Origin: a virus | Virus record (IMG/VR): IMGVR_UViG_3300045988_071562 | Span: 1 to 64,000 of that record | Strand: one strand, 5' to 3' | Length of the DNA stretch: 64,000 bases | Shown here: in pieces, positions 9,401-17,054 of the stretch | How the letters are laid out: each line of letters opens with the position of its first letter | Position numbering within the stretch: the stretch's first letter is position 1 | Notes under the pieces: generated by a model | Database searches by the model: none | Told to the model about the DNA's origin: nothing | What the model saw: the letters and a program-made list of their open reading frames with translations, nothing else | Position numbers and translations under genes: made by a program

Positions 9401-10340
9401 TCTCCCCGGAGCCCTCTTGAATTAGCTTATTATCACTGATTTCGATAACATAGCCAGTTTTCCCCGACTGATATGTTTTCGCTTCATTTTTAGAAGAATT
9501 TTCAACGTATTCTGCAACTTTTATGCCTGTTATTTCAACATCATACAACCATGGTGTGAATCCATTCGTATCTATGGCTGTAATACCCTTTTGCATAACA
9601 GTGATAATCTGTGCGCCAGCGGTATCTAAGATGTCTTTCCCTTCAATATCATTCCATGGTACTTCTGCCTTATTATAAAAATTTTCCGGTACTTCATTTT
9701 TGTACCAGTCAAGGCATAATCTGCCGTATGCATCTGTTTTCGCCCACTGGCAGCCCATCTGTGCTACCCATGCAATTACCTGTCGGAAAGTAATGCTGCT
9801 ATCATCTGGTCGATTCTGGATTACAAAATCATCGTTATCAAATCTTGTTGATTGCAGTGTTACTCCGCACACCTCGCAAGCATCCTGGATGATCTGTAAT
9901 CTAGTTGCCGGATAAGTCAGCTTACTTTCTGAATAATCACGATCAAATAATCGCATATAATCTTCGCATGTGAGGTTGATTATAGCTGTACTCTGGTACG
10001 GTGCATCTGTTACTGTCATGGTACAGATACGGATTTTCTCAATACCTGTAGATAATTCCATTCCGATATAGCAAACCACTCTTGCTCCATCCCAGATATA
10101 ATCTGAAAATTCACCAGAAAAGTTGTTGATCTGCAATGTCAGCTTATTTACGATAGCTGCGCCGATATCAAAAGAACCGCTTTGCGATACTGCATCCTCA
10201 AATTTAAAACCATTAGACCATAAATCTTTGTCGGTAATGGATAATGTGCTTCCGTCTGTAAAGGTAAAATCTGCATATTTCAGATAGTTACGGTTCCCGC
10301 TATTCTGCTGTTCTTTAAATTCCGTTGATAAATTTCGCAT
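6471..10340 (-). CDS. tail-associated protein (Tal / phage minor structural protein, prophage-tail N-terminal region) with long fibre-like C-terminus
   Basis: 1289 aa. The N-terminal ~220 aa (FRQVIAWVAQMGCQWAKTDAYGRL) resemble siphovirus Tal N-domains. A coiled coil, tandem modules and a C-terminal globular domain follow. Confidence 0.8.
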   Translation of the reverse strand: MRNLSTEFKEQQNSGNRNYLKYADFTFTDGSTLSITDKDLWSNGFKFEDAVSQSGSFDIGAAIVNKLTLQINNFSGEFSDYIWDGARVVCYIGMELSTGIEKIRICTMTVTDAPYQSTAIINLTCEDYMRLFDRDYSESKLTYPATRLQIIQDACEVCGVTLQSTRFDNDDFVIQNRPDDSSITFRQVIAWVAQMGCQWAKTDAYGRLCLDWYKNEVPENFYNKAEVPWNDIEGKDILDTAGAQIITVMQKGITAIDTNGFTPWLYDVEITGIKVAEYVENSSKNEAKTYQSGKTGYVIEISDNKLIQEGSGEKICQIIADRCVGLKFRPFTTGALTNIAWEAGDTIEISDRNGKQYKSFLTSVTLNPGTFEQLECSAKSVSRNKQKQYTLNQQVQAENKKNLRDERTAREKALEELSQRLAESSGTYTTVETQPDGSNIYYLHNKPQLSDSDIVWKMTAEAWAVSTDGGQHWNGGMTVDGDVIARILTATGINADWINTGTIKAIDKDGNITFLVDVTTGRVIINADSVQIKGKDVNAIAKEKAETEVNNFISNTYTTDINNLQSQIDGQIETFFYDYEPTLQNIPASGWTTNEERKKHEGDLFYWKSKGYAYRFMQDGATWKWQLVQDTDITLALAAAEKAQDTADHKRRVFVVQPEPPYDIGDLWTQGSNGDLMRCKVARASGSYSASDWEKASKYTDDSSLDLFINGVFKDSLNSLKTQIDGKIETWYQPNDPSLKWTKTEEQPWCDIDGNKILDESGNEIILVWESEKAEHEGDLWHNTSDNTQWIYKSGIWQPQSIPNELLDKIDGKSSVYMVQPKPPYYEGDLWVTTNSEGKASLKTSTVNRVGGAFDASDWIDFKYADKDDIKNAIDKYDTSLGQDEVFNKLTKGGTEQGIYIKDGKVYVNAKYILAGLLAGERINGRGLKVIDDDNNVTLEIDSNGNVILAPKTFSLQGKTVDEIANSSAKSAVDGQTQVDIFSKLTNGGKAQGIYLDENGNIYVNGQFIKALSIAANALAAGSITTEKLDAKAVTAEKMSLNELAAIGATIGGFTIQNNRIYNKKNGTLQISVGNEYNAPSMLAMDAQGQFIKYSASGIASSYANSLNLTPHNTTTESGFTDGSKHYLGRTQFNSDVSIFGDFKVSGTKSIIADTENYGEQLFYCYETPTPTLGDFGGGVIGDDGIAIIMIDDIFQESTDTGIEYYVFLQNEGEGQTWIAEKTNTYFKVKGTPGLHFAWELKAKQKNKEFIRFNAGKEDREVNFRLNDIENEMFSEREKLIQEMEGELL
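7740..8650 (-). repeat. intragenic tandem duplication (~155-aa module, two copies) in Tal
   Basis: QIDGQIETFFYDYEP...HEGDLFYW...PPYDIGDLWTQG...ASDWEKASKYTDD parallels QIDGKIETWYQPNDP...HEGDLWHN...PPYYEGDLWVT...ASDWIDFKYADKDD. Boundaries are approximate. Confidence 0.6.
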
Positions 10341-10343
10341 ATC

Positions 10344-10709
10344 TTACCTCTCGATAAAATCAAAACTAAGTCCTTCCATGCGCTCATTGCCTATCCACCA
10401 ACACTTAAAAGGGGATTCCCTGTCGCCAACATAAAATGTTCTGGTTTCGTGCTTATTTGCAGATAGCAAGTCTGGATATGTGACCTGTATGTACTCTGGA
10501 TTTACTGCCTGTATAATTTTGCAAGCAGTGTCCCAGTCTGGGCCATTCCAACCTACAGAAAGCTTTCGTTTCTGTCCAACTCTGTTTTTATGCATGGTCG
10601 TATCGTCTGTTCTGCCGGATTCTGATGCCGATATATCCTGTAATCCCCAAGTAAAAGAAGAAGGACAGGGCATTGCTACCCCATCCACTTTTAAAAATGC
10701 TTCTGCCAT
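10344..10709 (-). CDS. small distal-tail (Dit-like) protein
   Basis: 121 aa, ending 4 nt before the Tal start. The call rests on position and is weak. Confidence 0.45.
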   Translation of the reverse strand: MAEAFLKVDGVAMPCPSSFTWGLQDISASESGRTDDTTMHKNRVGQKRKLSVGWNGPDWDTACKIIQAVNPEYIQVTYPDLLSANKHETRTFYVGDRESPFKCWWIGNERMEGLSFDFIER

Positions 10710-10765
10710 ATGCTAACCCTCAGAAAGGGGGATATATCCCCTTTAATTTATTTAAAGTTTCATAC

Positions 10766-10842
10766 TATAAAAAAGGACAATGCAAAAATTTGTCCTCTTT
10801 TTTGGCAACAAAAAAGCGCCTACCCCGAAAGGTAAACGCTTT
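10766..10842 (-). terminator. two tandem intrinsic terminators in the leader of the Dit-like gene
   Basis: Read on the minus strand: AAGCGUUUACC-uuucgg-GGUAGGCGCUU plus U6 (10842-10809), then GGACAA-auuuuugca-UUGUCC plus U6 (10800-10766). Confidence 0.55.
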
Positions 10843-10866
10843 AAAATTTGCTTATTATGATTTTAT

Positions 10867-10912
10867 ATTATAACATAGGTGGTTGGTATCATTCAGTATA
10901 TTTTGGTATCAT
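10867..10912 (-). promoter_or_regulatory. late-box copy C plus -10 TATAAT
   Basis: The 28-nt box at 10885-10912 is identical to 38119-38146. TGtTATAAT lies 12 nt downstream (10872-10867). No TTGACA-like -35 is present. Confidence 0.5.
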
Positions 10913-11022
10913 TCATGGTCTTCATATTCAACCATTGTCTTAACCACGCCGTAAAGCATATTGATATTTTTCTCTTTTGTGATTTTTTCAATCAGTTCTA
11001 AAATCTCTTCCTTACGTGTCAT
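10909..11022 (-). CDS. hypothetical 37-aa protein
   Basis: Its ATG overlaps the HNH stop (ATGA). Below the track size cutoff. Confidence 0.3.
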   Translation of the reverse strand: MTRKEEILELIEKITKEKNINMLYGVVKTMVEYEDHE

Positions 11023-11315
11023 TCCACAATTCCTCCTAACGCTCTAATCAACTTCTGTTTACGGTTATACTTCAAAATCTCGGAAATCTGCCCCATCATA
11101 TCGTCCATGGTCATGTTGCTCTTCATGCTGTTGCAGCGCTTACAAGCCAGTTGCAGATTCTTAATATCATTGGTGCCGCCCCGGGACAGCGGTGTAATGT
11201 GGTCGATTGTCATTTTCTTGAATTTAACAGGCTTACCGCATATTGCACATTTTCCGTTGCACTTGGCGTAGACGCTCTTTTTCTGAAAGTCATTGAACTG
11301 GATTCTGTTTGCCAT
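11019..11315 (-). CDS. HNH endonuclease
   Basis: CAICGKPV...DHITPLSRGGTNDIKNLQLACKRCNSMK. The start is placed at MANRIQ. Confidence 0.8.
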   Translation of the reverse strand: MANRIQFNDFQKKSVYAKCNGKCAICGKPVKFKKMTIDHITPLSRGGTNDIKNLQLACKRCNSMKSNMTMDDMMGQISEILKYNRKQKLIRALGGIVE

Positions 11316-11319
11316 AATA

Positions 11320-11571
11320 TCACGCTTTCTGCTCCATATCTTCAAGAGACTTAAACGCCTGTTTTGCTTTCCAGGCATAATCGCACAAAATCAACAGTTT
11401 CATGGTCATAAAGTCCTTGTTGTACGCAAAGAAAAATCTTTTCTCTTCGTCCATTTTTTCTGGGTCATTAAATCCGTACTGTTCCATGAAATCATCCAAA
11501 AGGAACTTGATTTTATCAATACTGTCCTCTACTTCGAACATTGTGTTTTCTCTATCCATATTTTCTGTCAT
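11320..11571 (-). CDS. hypothetical protein
   Basis: 83-aa acidic ORF in the operon. Confidence 0.4.
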   Translation of the reverse strand: MTENMDRENTMFEVEDSIDKIKFLLDDFMEQYGFNDPEKMDEEKRFFFAYNKDFMTMKLLILCDYAWKAKQAFKSLEDMEQKA

Positions 11572-11604
11572 TTTATTTTCCTCCTGTGTAATCCGCGTAT
11601 CCTG

Positions 11605-12342
11605 TTAAAACATTCTTTCCTGTGCGTTCTCGTTGTCAATCAGTTCTTCCAGATAAATCGGTGGCTTATAATCTTCAACCAATTTTACCGCTTTCTCGCA
11701 CTGTTTCCGTTTGATTGCCTTATATGTAGTCACGCCAAACTGTCGGCGCACCTCATTGTGAATATCTCTGTACAGTTTCGCTCTCAGAGAGCCATTTTTA
11801 TAGGCATTGCTGGACTTTCCGCCCAAGACCTTTGTTCCTTTTGATTTCACGGCATTTGTCACCTTGTCCATCTCTACGCCAAGAAGCGGTAAATCCTGTT
11901 TGAAATCTTCCAATTCCTGTTTCACGGTGTCAACTTTCTGCTCTACCTGGGTTACTCGCTTGTCTACTACGATAACTGCCTGTAATTCTTTGGAGATTCC
12001 AGAAAGAACTGGATAATCATAGGTTCCCGTCTTTCTAATGGATGGGAGTACTTCTTTTGTAACCCACGACTTAAATTTCTTTGCGGATTCTAACTTGCTT
12101 CCGAAAATAAGGGCGTAAAGACCGGATTCGTTGATTACCGTTACATCTCTTTTCTGACCTGCAATCGTGATTTGCGATGTCAGCTTATCGTCAAAGTCTA
12201 CATGCTTTCCGATAGCATCCGCAGTATTTTTATATCCAAGTGCCGTTGCTACATCTTTTCCAGCAAACCAAGGCTCTCCGTCAATCATAGTTGTTCTGAT
12301 ATTTCCAAATTCTGGATTATTAAAAATCTGTAATTCGTTCAT
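11605..12342 (-). CDS. antirepressor, Bro-N N-terminal domain plus shared C-terminal module
   Basis: FGNIRTTMIDGEPWFAGKDVATALGY...SGLYALIFGSKLESAKKFKSWVTKEVLPSIRKTG is Bro-N-like. The C-terminal ~95 aa are paralogous to those of 12769-13530. Confidence 0.8.
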   Translation of the reverse strand: MNELQIFNNPEFGNIRTTMIDGEPWFAGKDVATALGYKNTADAIGKHVDFDDKLTSQITIAGQKRDVTVINESGLYALIFGSKLESAKKFKSWVTKEVLPSIRKTGTYDYPVLSGISKELQAVIVVDKRVTQVEQKVDTVKQELEDFKQDLPLLGVEMDKVTNAVKSKGTKVLGGKSSNAYKNGSLRAKLYRDIHNEVRRQFGVTTYKAIKRKQCEKAVKLVEDYKPPIYLEELIDNENAQERMF

Positions 12343-12374
12343 ATAGAAAATCCCTCCAATTCAAGAAAAAATAG

Positions 12375-12468
12375 TTGACCCATGGAGGTATATTGTAGTA
12401 ATATTTACATATACCTTTTTGGTGTGGGTATCCGTCAACTTTCCTAGGGCTAGCGGATACCCATTTTC
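12375..12468 (+). ncRNA. putative short plus-strand RNA unit (promoter plus ~58-nt transcript) between RHH and antirepressor genes
   Basis: TTGACC (12375-12380), 18 nt, TAATAT (12399-12404). Then a 9-bp hairpin GGGTATCCG/CGGATACCC (12426-12462) and ATTTT. Confidence 0.35.
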
Positions 12469-12470
12469 AG

Positions 12471-12647
12471 TTATTCTCCGATTTCTTCGTCAATCTTTTC
12501 GTTTAGCCATGCGGTCTTTGTCTGACCTTTTTCTTTCAGTTTTTTATCCAATGCTTCGAGTTTTTCTCGTTTCACTGAAACACTAAACTGTCCGATAGTT
12601 TCACGACGCTTTTTAAAGTATTCGGAGCCATCTTTTCTAGCAACCAC
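12471..12647 (-). CDS. ribbon-helix-helix (Arc/CopG-like) regulator, 58 aa
   Basis: Not in the ORF track (<60 aa). GTG start with GAGAGG SD. FSVSVKREKLEALDKKLKEKGQTKTAWLNEKIDEEI fits a beta-alpha-alpha RHH. Confidence 0.55.
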   Translation of the reverse strand: MVARKDGSEYFKKRRETIGQFSVSVKREKLEALDKKLKEKGQTKTAWLNEKIDEEIGE

Positions 12648-12663
12648 AAAATCACCTCTCTTT

Positions 12664-12706
12664 TAGTTGCTAGCAATATAATATAATAGTTGCTAGCAAA
12701 AGTCAA
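12664..12706 (-). promoter_or_regulatory. promoter with two palindromic operators
   Basis: On the minus strand, TTGACT-17-TATTAT. TAGTTGCTAGCAA occurs at 12664-12676 and 12687-12699, and each copy contains the perfect palindrome TTGCTAGCAA. Confidence 0.6.
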
Positions 12707-12768
12707 CTAGATTTTCTATATTTTTGGAAATTTTATTTTTCCTCCTGTGTATCCCTGTGAAAATCTAA

Positions 12769-13530
12769 TTAAAAGAATCTCTGCTGTGCATTTTCTGTAT
12801 CAATTTCATTCTTCAAGAAAACTGGCGGTTTATATTCTCCAATAATCTTGACCGCCTGTTCAACCTGGCTTCTCTTAATTGCCTTGTAGCTTTTGACCTG
12901 GAACTGGTAGCGCAGGTTGGAATGAATGTTACTGTAAACCTTCTGGCGAATGGAACGGCTATTGTAAGCATTGGATTCCTTGCCACCAAGTACCAGTGTT
13001 CCTTTTCTCTTTACGGCTTCCGTGATTTTCTCCGCTTCAATCGGGAGAATCGGTAAATCCATTTTCAAAGTCTCAAACTCTGTCTGAATATCGTCAATCC
13101 GCTTATTCAGTTCTACGTTTCCCTGTGCTAGAAGCTGAATCTGTTCGGGAATAGTCATTGGTACTGGGTGGCGAACTGTTTCTTTTAATTTGTCCTCTAC
13201 TTTGAGAAAATATTGTCTGGCTTGTTCACCTTTGGCGCTCTTTGACTGCATAGAAAGTTTCTTTGCAAAGCTGGCAGAGAGTTTATAATCTTCTCTTTGA
13301 ATAACGCCACCTGTCGGTGTCTCCTCCTCAAGGAAGAGTCGCAAATAATCCTCATTTTCGGTTGCGAAATCATTTTCTGCAATGTTTCTCTTACACCATC
13401 TAGCAAAATTTTGTGGCGCTAACTCAAGAAAAGCATATAACTTTCTGGCAGTAGTCATACCCTCTTCATCAATACCAAGTGCAATCTCAATAGGTGTCTG
13501 GCTTGCTGTGTTAATTGTGATTTCGTTCAT
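12769..13530 (-). CDS. antirepressor, AntA/AntB-type N-domain plus shared C-terminal module
   Basis: QTPIEIALGIDEEGMTTARKLYAFLELAPQNFARWCKRNI...FAKKLSMQSKSAKGEQARQYF. The C-terminal module is GGKESNAYNSRSIRQKVY...YKAIKRSQVEQAVKIIGEYKPP. Confidence 0.75.
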   Translation of the reverse strand: MNEITINTASQTPIEIALGIDEEGMTTARKLYAFLELAPQNFARWCKRNIAENDFATENEDYLRLFLEEETPTGGVIQREDYKLSASFAKKLSMQSKSAKGEQARQYFLKVEDKLKETVRHPVPMTIPEQIQLLAQGNVELNKRIDDIQTEFETLKMDLPILPIEAEKITEAVKRKGTLVLGGKESNAYNSRSIRQKVYSNIHSNLRYQFQVKSYKAIKRSQVEQAVKIIGEYKPPVFLKNEIDTENAQQRFF

Positions 13531-13566
13531 ATATAAAAATCCTCCTGTGAAATTTTAATTTTTTAT

Positions 13567-13675
13567 TTGCAAACAGGAGGTATACAGTGTTATAATTTGT
13601 ATAGCCTCCTATTTGGTGGCAGAAGCATTTAAGAGATTCTTAACTTTGGTCGGTCGGGAATCTCTTATTTTTTAT
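13567..13675 (+). ncRNA. putative short plus-strand RNA unit (promoter plus ~70-nt transcript) between RHH and antirepressor genes
   Basis: TTGCAA (13567-13572), 18 nt, TGtTATAAT (13588-13596). Then a 9-bp hairpin AAGAGATTC/GAATCTCTT (13631-13666) and ATTTTTTAT. Confidence 0.4.
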
Positions 13676-13856
13676 CACTCTGGAACATTTTATCATACTG
13701 CATTTCAATCCCAATTCTTACAATTTCAGACCTTGTAGTAGCCTTTTCAAGTGCAACAGCATCCAGTTTTTGAAGAGTTTTCTTGTCTAATCTTGTCCTT
13801 AACATATAGTCTTTTGGATTGTCAGTTAATTTTGTTCCGATTTTCATAGCAGCCAT
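13665..13856 (-). CDS. ribbon-helix-helix (Arc/CopG-like) regulator
   Basis: 63 aa; LRTRLDKKTLQKLDAVALEKATTRSEIVRIGIE. Confidence 0.65.
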   Translation of the reverse strand: MAAMKIGTKLTDNPKDYMLRTRLDKKTLQKLDAVALEKATTRSEIVRIGIEMQYDKMFQSDKK

Positions 13857-13877
13857 TTATATCACCTCTCTTTCTTC

Positions 13878-13920
13878 GTTGCTACAATCCTAGTATAGTG
13901 TGTAGCAACAATCCTGTCAA
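13878..13920 (-). promoter_or_regulatory. promoter TTGACA-17-TATACT with an overlapping inverted repeat
   Basis: GTTGCTACA (13878-13886) and TGTAGCAAC (13901-13909) bracket the -10 (13897-13892). The -35 is at 13920-13915. Confidence 0.6.
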
Positions 13921-14010
13921 GCATTATTTTAACTTTTTTCAAATTTCCTATTCCACTATTCATGTTAGAGTGGTAAAATATGTATATCATACTAAAGAGG
14001 GGGATTTTAA

Positions 14011-14160
14011 ATGAGAAAAAGAAAGAAAATAGACAAGATAACAGGAAAAATAAAATGTCCGAAATGGTCTTGCAGAAGTGCTAATGTCCAGATAATCGGT
14101 CATGGTCTGTTTTCTACCAAATATCAGTGTAGAGATTGCGGACGAATATTTAAAGGGTAA
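14011..14160 (+). CDS. 49-aa zinc-ribbon miniprotein
   Basis: AGAGGGGG SD. CPKWSC...CRDCG four-Cys pattern. Below the track cutoff. Confidence 0.4.
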   Translation: MRKRKKIDKITGKIKCPKWSCRSANVQIIGHGLFSTKYQCRDCGRIFKG

Positions 14161-14185
14161 AAAGGCTAGGGAGAAATCCCTAGCC
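14159..14185 (-). terminator. intrinsic terminator for the 14195-15703 gene
   Basis: GGCTAGGGA-tttc-TCCCTAGCC then T5, read on the minus strand. Confidence 0.6.
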
Positions 14186-14194
14186 CTAATCTTA

Positions 14195-15703
14195 TCAGTT
14201 AATGTATTCAACATCTATGCTTGGCAATGTAACTTGTTTCCCAAGAAGTGTTGTAGAATTTAATGTTCCGCTACAAGTTCCGTATACGGTTACCCAATCT
14301 CCTTCTAGGTAATGTGTTTCGCCATCCTCATAGCTATATGAACAATCCCATTTATTACCGTTTCCGTCAACAATATACAACGTATATCCACCGAATATTC
14401 CTTCTAATGACTGATCTATTGTTCCAGAGACAACACAATGTTTTTTATCGTAACTGTCTGGATTTCTCAATATATCATTATAATCTAACGTCTGGCAAAG
14501 TGCCTTGTATTCGTCCTCTGAAACTTCTTTTGAATTAGCAACTTCTTCTGTCACTACAAAATACTGTGATAAACTATCATCTGAAGCATCCTTTTTATAG
14601 CTTTTAGCTTCATCACCTTTTGCAAATACCATACAATTCTCTAAATTTATGGAATCTCCCATAAATCCCCATGAATCTACATTTGATACTGTTCCAAGAA
14701 TAGCAACCACATCATCATCTTTAAGACCGCTTTCATATTTTGCATACAATTTACTATCAGATACATTAAAATTACTCATCATGTATTTATCACCAATAGT
14801 AACTTGCACCTTATTGTCTTTAATCTCACTTATTGTTGCTACAGTATAAATTTTAGCTCCGCTCATATTGACTGCATATTTATATAAATCGCTGTCAGTG
14901 ATATAAGAATATTCACCAGAATTAAATGTTTGTAATTCATCATCAAAAGTAATTGGAGCCACATTCTGTTTTTTCTCTTCTACTGTAGGAGTTGCTTTTC
15001 TTTCGTAACTACTGGATTTTTCCGTCTGCGTTTTGGATGTATCTGCTGTTTTCTCTGTTTTAGATGAATACCAGCCAATTAGAATAAACACAAGGCAGAT
15101 AAAACCAAAATAGTTTGCGCATCCCCCTTTTTTCTTTTTCTTGGTAGCTGTCGGCTGTGGCGTGTACTGTGGTTCTGGTGCAGAATATGTTTTAGGTTTT
15201 TCGATATTCTCAATAGTTGTTCTGGTCTTGTTTGCTTCGCCCCTGTCGCAATTATCCATTACACTCTTTTCAAGCATATACCATTCAACAACATATTGTT
15301 TTTTGAAGTACCGCTCCGCAATCTCTGTTGTAAATTCTTTTGCCTGTTCATATGCGGAAGAGCCTGTTGATAAGCAAATTTTGAAAGGCTTTGCGTATTT
15401 CGGAATTGAAAAAGCAACTTTCAACTGTACTCTCCCTAAATCGTCTGGTTCTTCTTTATCATAATTCAATACAAAATCCATAGGATTTGCTTCAAGTAAC
15501 AAATTTCCTTTGTAGTAAACCTCAATATTCGCTTTTGAAGCCTTGATTCTCATGGAATCTAACATCTCAATGTCGTATTCCTTTTGCTTCTGTGGCGGTT
15601 CCTGTGTTACATTTCCCTGTGTTATCGGGAATCCACAGTTCGGGCAACTTGCCGCTTTATCACTTATTTCCTTGCCGCATTCTGGACATTTAATCAGTGC
15701 CAT
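14195..15703 (-). CDS. zinc-ribbon membrane protein with a large extracytoplasmic C-terminal region
   Basis: AAGGAGG SD at MALIKCPECGKEISDKAASCPNCGFP. A K-rich linker, a TM segment FGFICLVFILIGWY, then ~270 aa of beta-rich sequence. Confidence 0.7.
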   Translation of the reverse strand: MALIKCPECGKEISDKAASCPNCGFPITQGNVTQEPPQKQKEYDIEMLDSMRIKASKANIEVYYKGNLLLEANPMDFVLNYDKEEPDDLGRVQLKVAFSIPKYAKPFKICLSTGSSAYEQAKEFTTEIAERYFKKQYVVEWYMLEKSVMDNCDRGEANKTRTTIENIEKPKTYSAPEPQYTPQPTATKKKKKGGCANYFGFICLVFILIGWYSSKTEKTADTSKTQTEKSSSYERKATPTVEEKKQNVAPITFDDELQTFNSGEYSYITDSDLYKYAVNMSGAKIYTVATISEIKDNKVQVTIGDKYMMSNFNVSDSKLYAKYESGLKDDDVVAILGTVSNVDSWGFMGDSINLENCMVFAKGDEAKSYKKDASDDSLSQYFVVTEEVANSKEVSEDEYKALCQTLDYNDILRNPDSYDKKHCVVSGTIDQSLEGIFGGYTLYIVDGNGNKWDCSYSYEDGETHYLEGDWVTVYGTCSGTLNSTTLLGKQVTLPSIDVEYIN

Positions 15704-15765
15704 AAATATCCCCCTCCTTAGTATGATACCCATATTGTACCACCTTTGGGCGTATTCTGGAAGCA

Positions 15766-15990
15766 CTATTTCGCTTTTCTATCAATTTCCGCAGTTACGG
15801 CAAACAAAAGAGCTTCGGCAAATTTTGCTCCGACCGAATCGGAGTATTTATCGTGAATCCGGCTTGCTTCCATGGTGAGATTTTCCCACTGCGGAATATC
15901 ATCTTTTGAAATAAAGGCATACTTCTTGTGGAGATTCCATATTTCCTGCCAGATGGAAAAGTAAGTCTGTTTAAAGTCCATCAATACCAC
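15766..15990 (-). CDS. hypothetical protein
   Basis: 74-aa ORF overlapping its neighbours. Confidence 0.4.
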   Translation of the reverse strand: MVLMDFKQTYFSIWQEIWNLHKKYAFISKDDIPQWENLTMEASRIHDKYSDSVGAKFAEALLFAVTAEIDRKAK

Positions 15991-16313
15991 TTCTCCTTCA
16001 GCTGGTTAATCGGTGTTCCGGCAACTCCGGCACTTTCTCCGTTGTCTGTTGCCTTGAAGTATGCTCCCGGAATCTGAGGATACATAAATTCAAACATCAA
16101 ATAATTGGCTGCATCACAAAGATATTCTGTGTTTCCTGTCTCACGATACTTTTTGATACACATATCGTGGGATTCCAGGGCGTTTACCAACTTCTCCCCG
16201 AAGTTATCCTTTGCCGTACCGTATTTGTAAAAGCTTACCTCAACCCTATTCTGGCGCAATTTATCGAAACGGTCTGAATATTCTGTTGGAAGTTCTGTTC
16301 CTATTTGGCTCAT
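15981..16313 (-). CDS. hypothetical all-alpha protein
   Basis: 110 aa. A DAANYLMFEF motif is faintly reminiscent of MazG/DUF550-type NTP pyrophosphatases. Not assignable by eye. Confidence 0.45.
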   Translation of the reverse strand: MSQIGTELPTEYSDRFDKLRQNRVEVSFYKYGTAKDNFGEKLVNALESHDMCIKKYRETGNTEYLCDAANYLMFEFMYPQIPGAYFKATDNGESAGVAGTPINQLKEKWY

Positions 16314-16421
16314 ATGTTTTAATTCTCCACAATTAGTTGATTTCTTTGTTCAAATTTCAATTTTCTTGGCTTGTGCCTATATTTTATCGGGTGAGAGGTT
16401 TTTGAAACGGATTTGGCTATT

Positions 16422-17054
16422 TTATCGCAGTAATTCTTTGTCAATAATCTGGAAATTCGCCCTGTGGATATAAAGAGCTTTTCCGTCAATCATTAACTTT
16501 GTCATTTTAGGTAGATCATCCGGTATTTTCCAGAACACCTCGTCACCAGAATATGCGGCTATTGGCTGTCCAAGTTGGGATTTGATTACTACAACCCTGG
16601 ATTTCCCGAAATAATTTTTATAATAATTCACAATCCCGGCTATGTATGTGTTCTCTGAAATCTTCCCGGTTGAATGGCTAATTATATTCTCCTGTGTAAA
16701 ATCAACCTCTGGCTTCAATCCTTTTTGCTCAAAAATACAAGTATCACCACAGCTTTCAATTTCTTTACCGTCAATCAGAATTGTAATAACGGAAGATACG
16801 TCATAGCTTGTTGTTTCGTTACCCTCACTATCGTAGCCCTTGGATTTGGTTTTATTCCCGGCAATGTTGATCTTGTCCCCAGTAGTAGTCATAACCTTTT
16901 GACCGTAGTTGTCGTATGTATAGATTGTGTAGCTGTTACCGGAAAGATTTCCTTTCACGTCATTCATGTAATCGTCATTCGCTGCACAGCCTGTTAGCCA
17001 TGTGATAATGCAAATACAGATAATGGTTGCCAGTAGTGCTTTGATTCTTTTCAT
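16422..17054 (-). CDS. lipoprotein
   Basis: Signal peptide with lipobox ITWLTGC. ATGA overlap with the upstream gene. Confidence 0.7.
   Translation of the reverse strand: MKRIKALLATIICICIITWLTGCAANDDYMNDVKGNLSGNSYTIYTYDNYGQKVMTTTGDKINIAGNKTKSKGYDSEGNETTSYDVSSVITILIDGKEIESCGDTCIFEQKGLKPEVDFTQENIISHSTGKISENTYIAGIVNYYKNYFGKSRVVVIKSQLGQPIAAYSGDEVFWKIPDDLPKMTKLMIDGKALYIHRANFQIIDKELLR

Noticed and set aside
11293-11844. A 183-aa plus-strand ORF overlapping the HNH, hypothetical and Bro-N genes.
   Set aside because: It is antisense to three well-supported minus-strand genes. It has Phe/Leu/Ile-rich nonsense composition and no SD.
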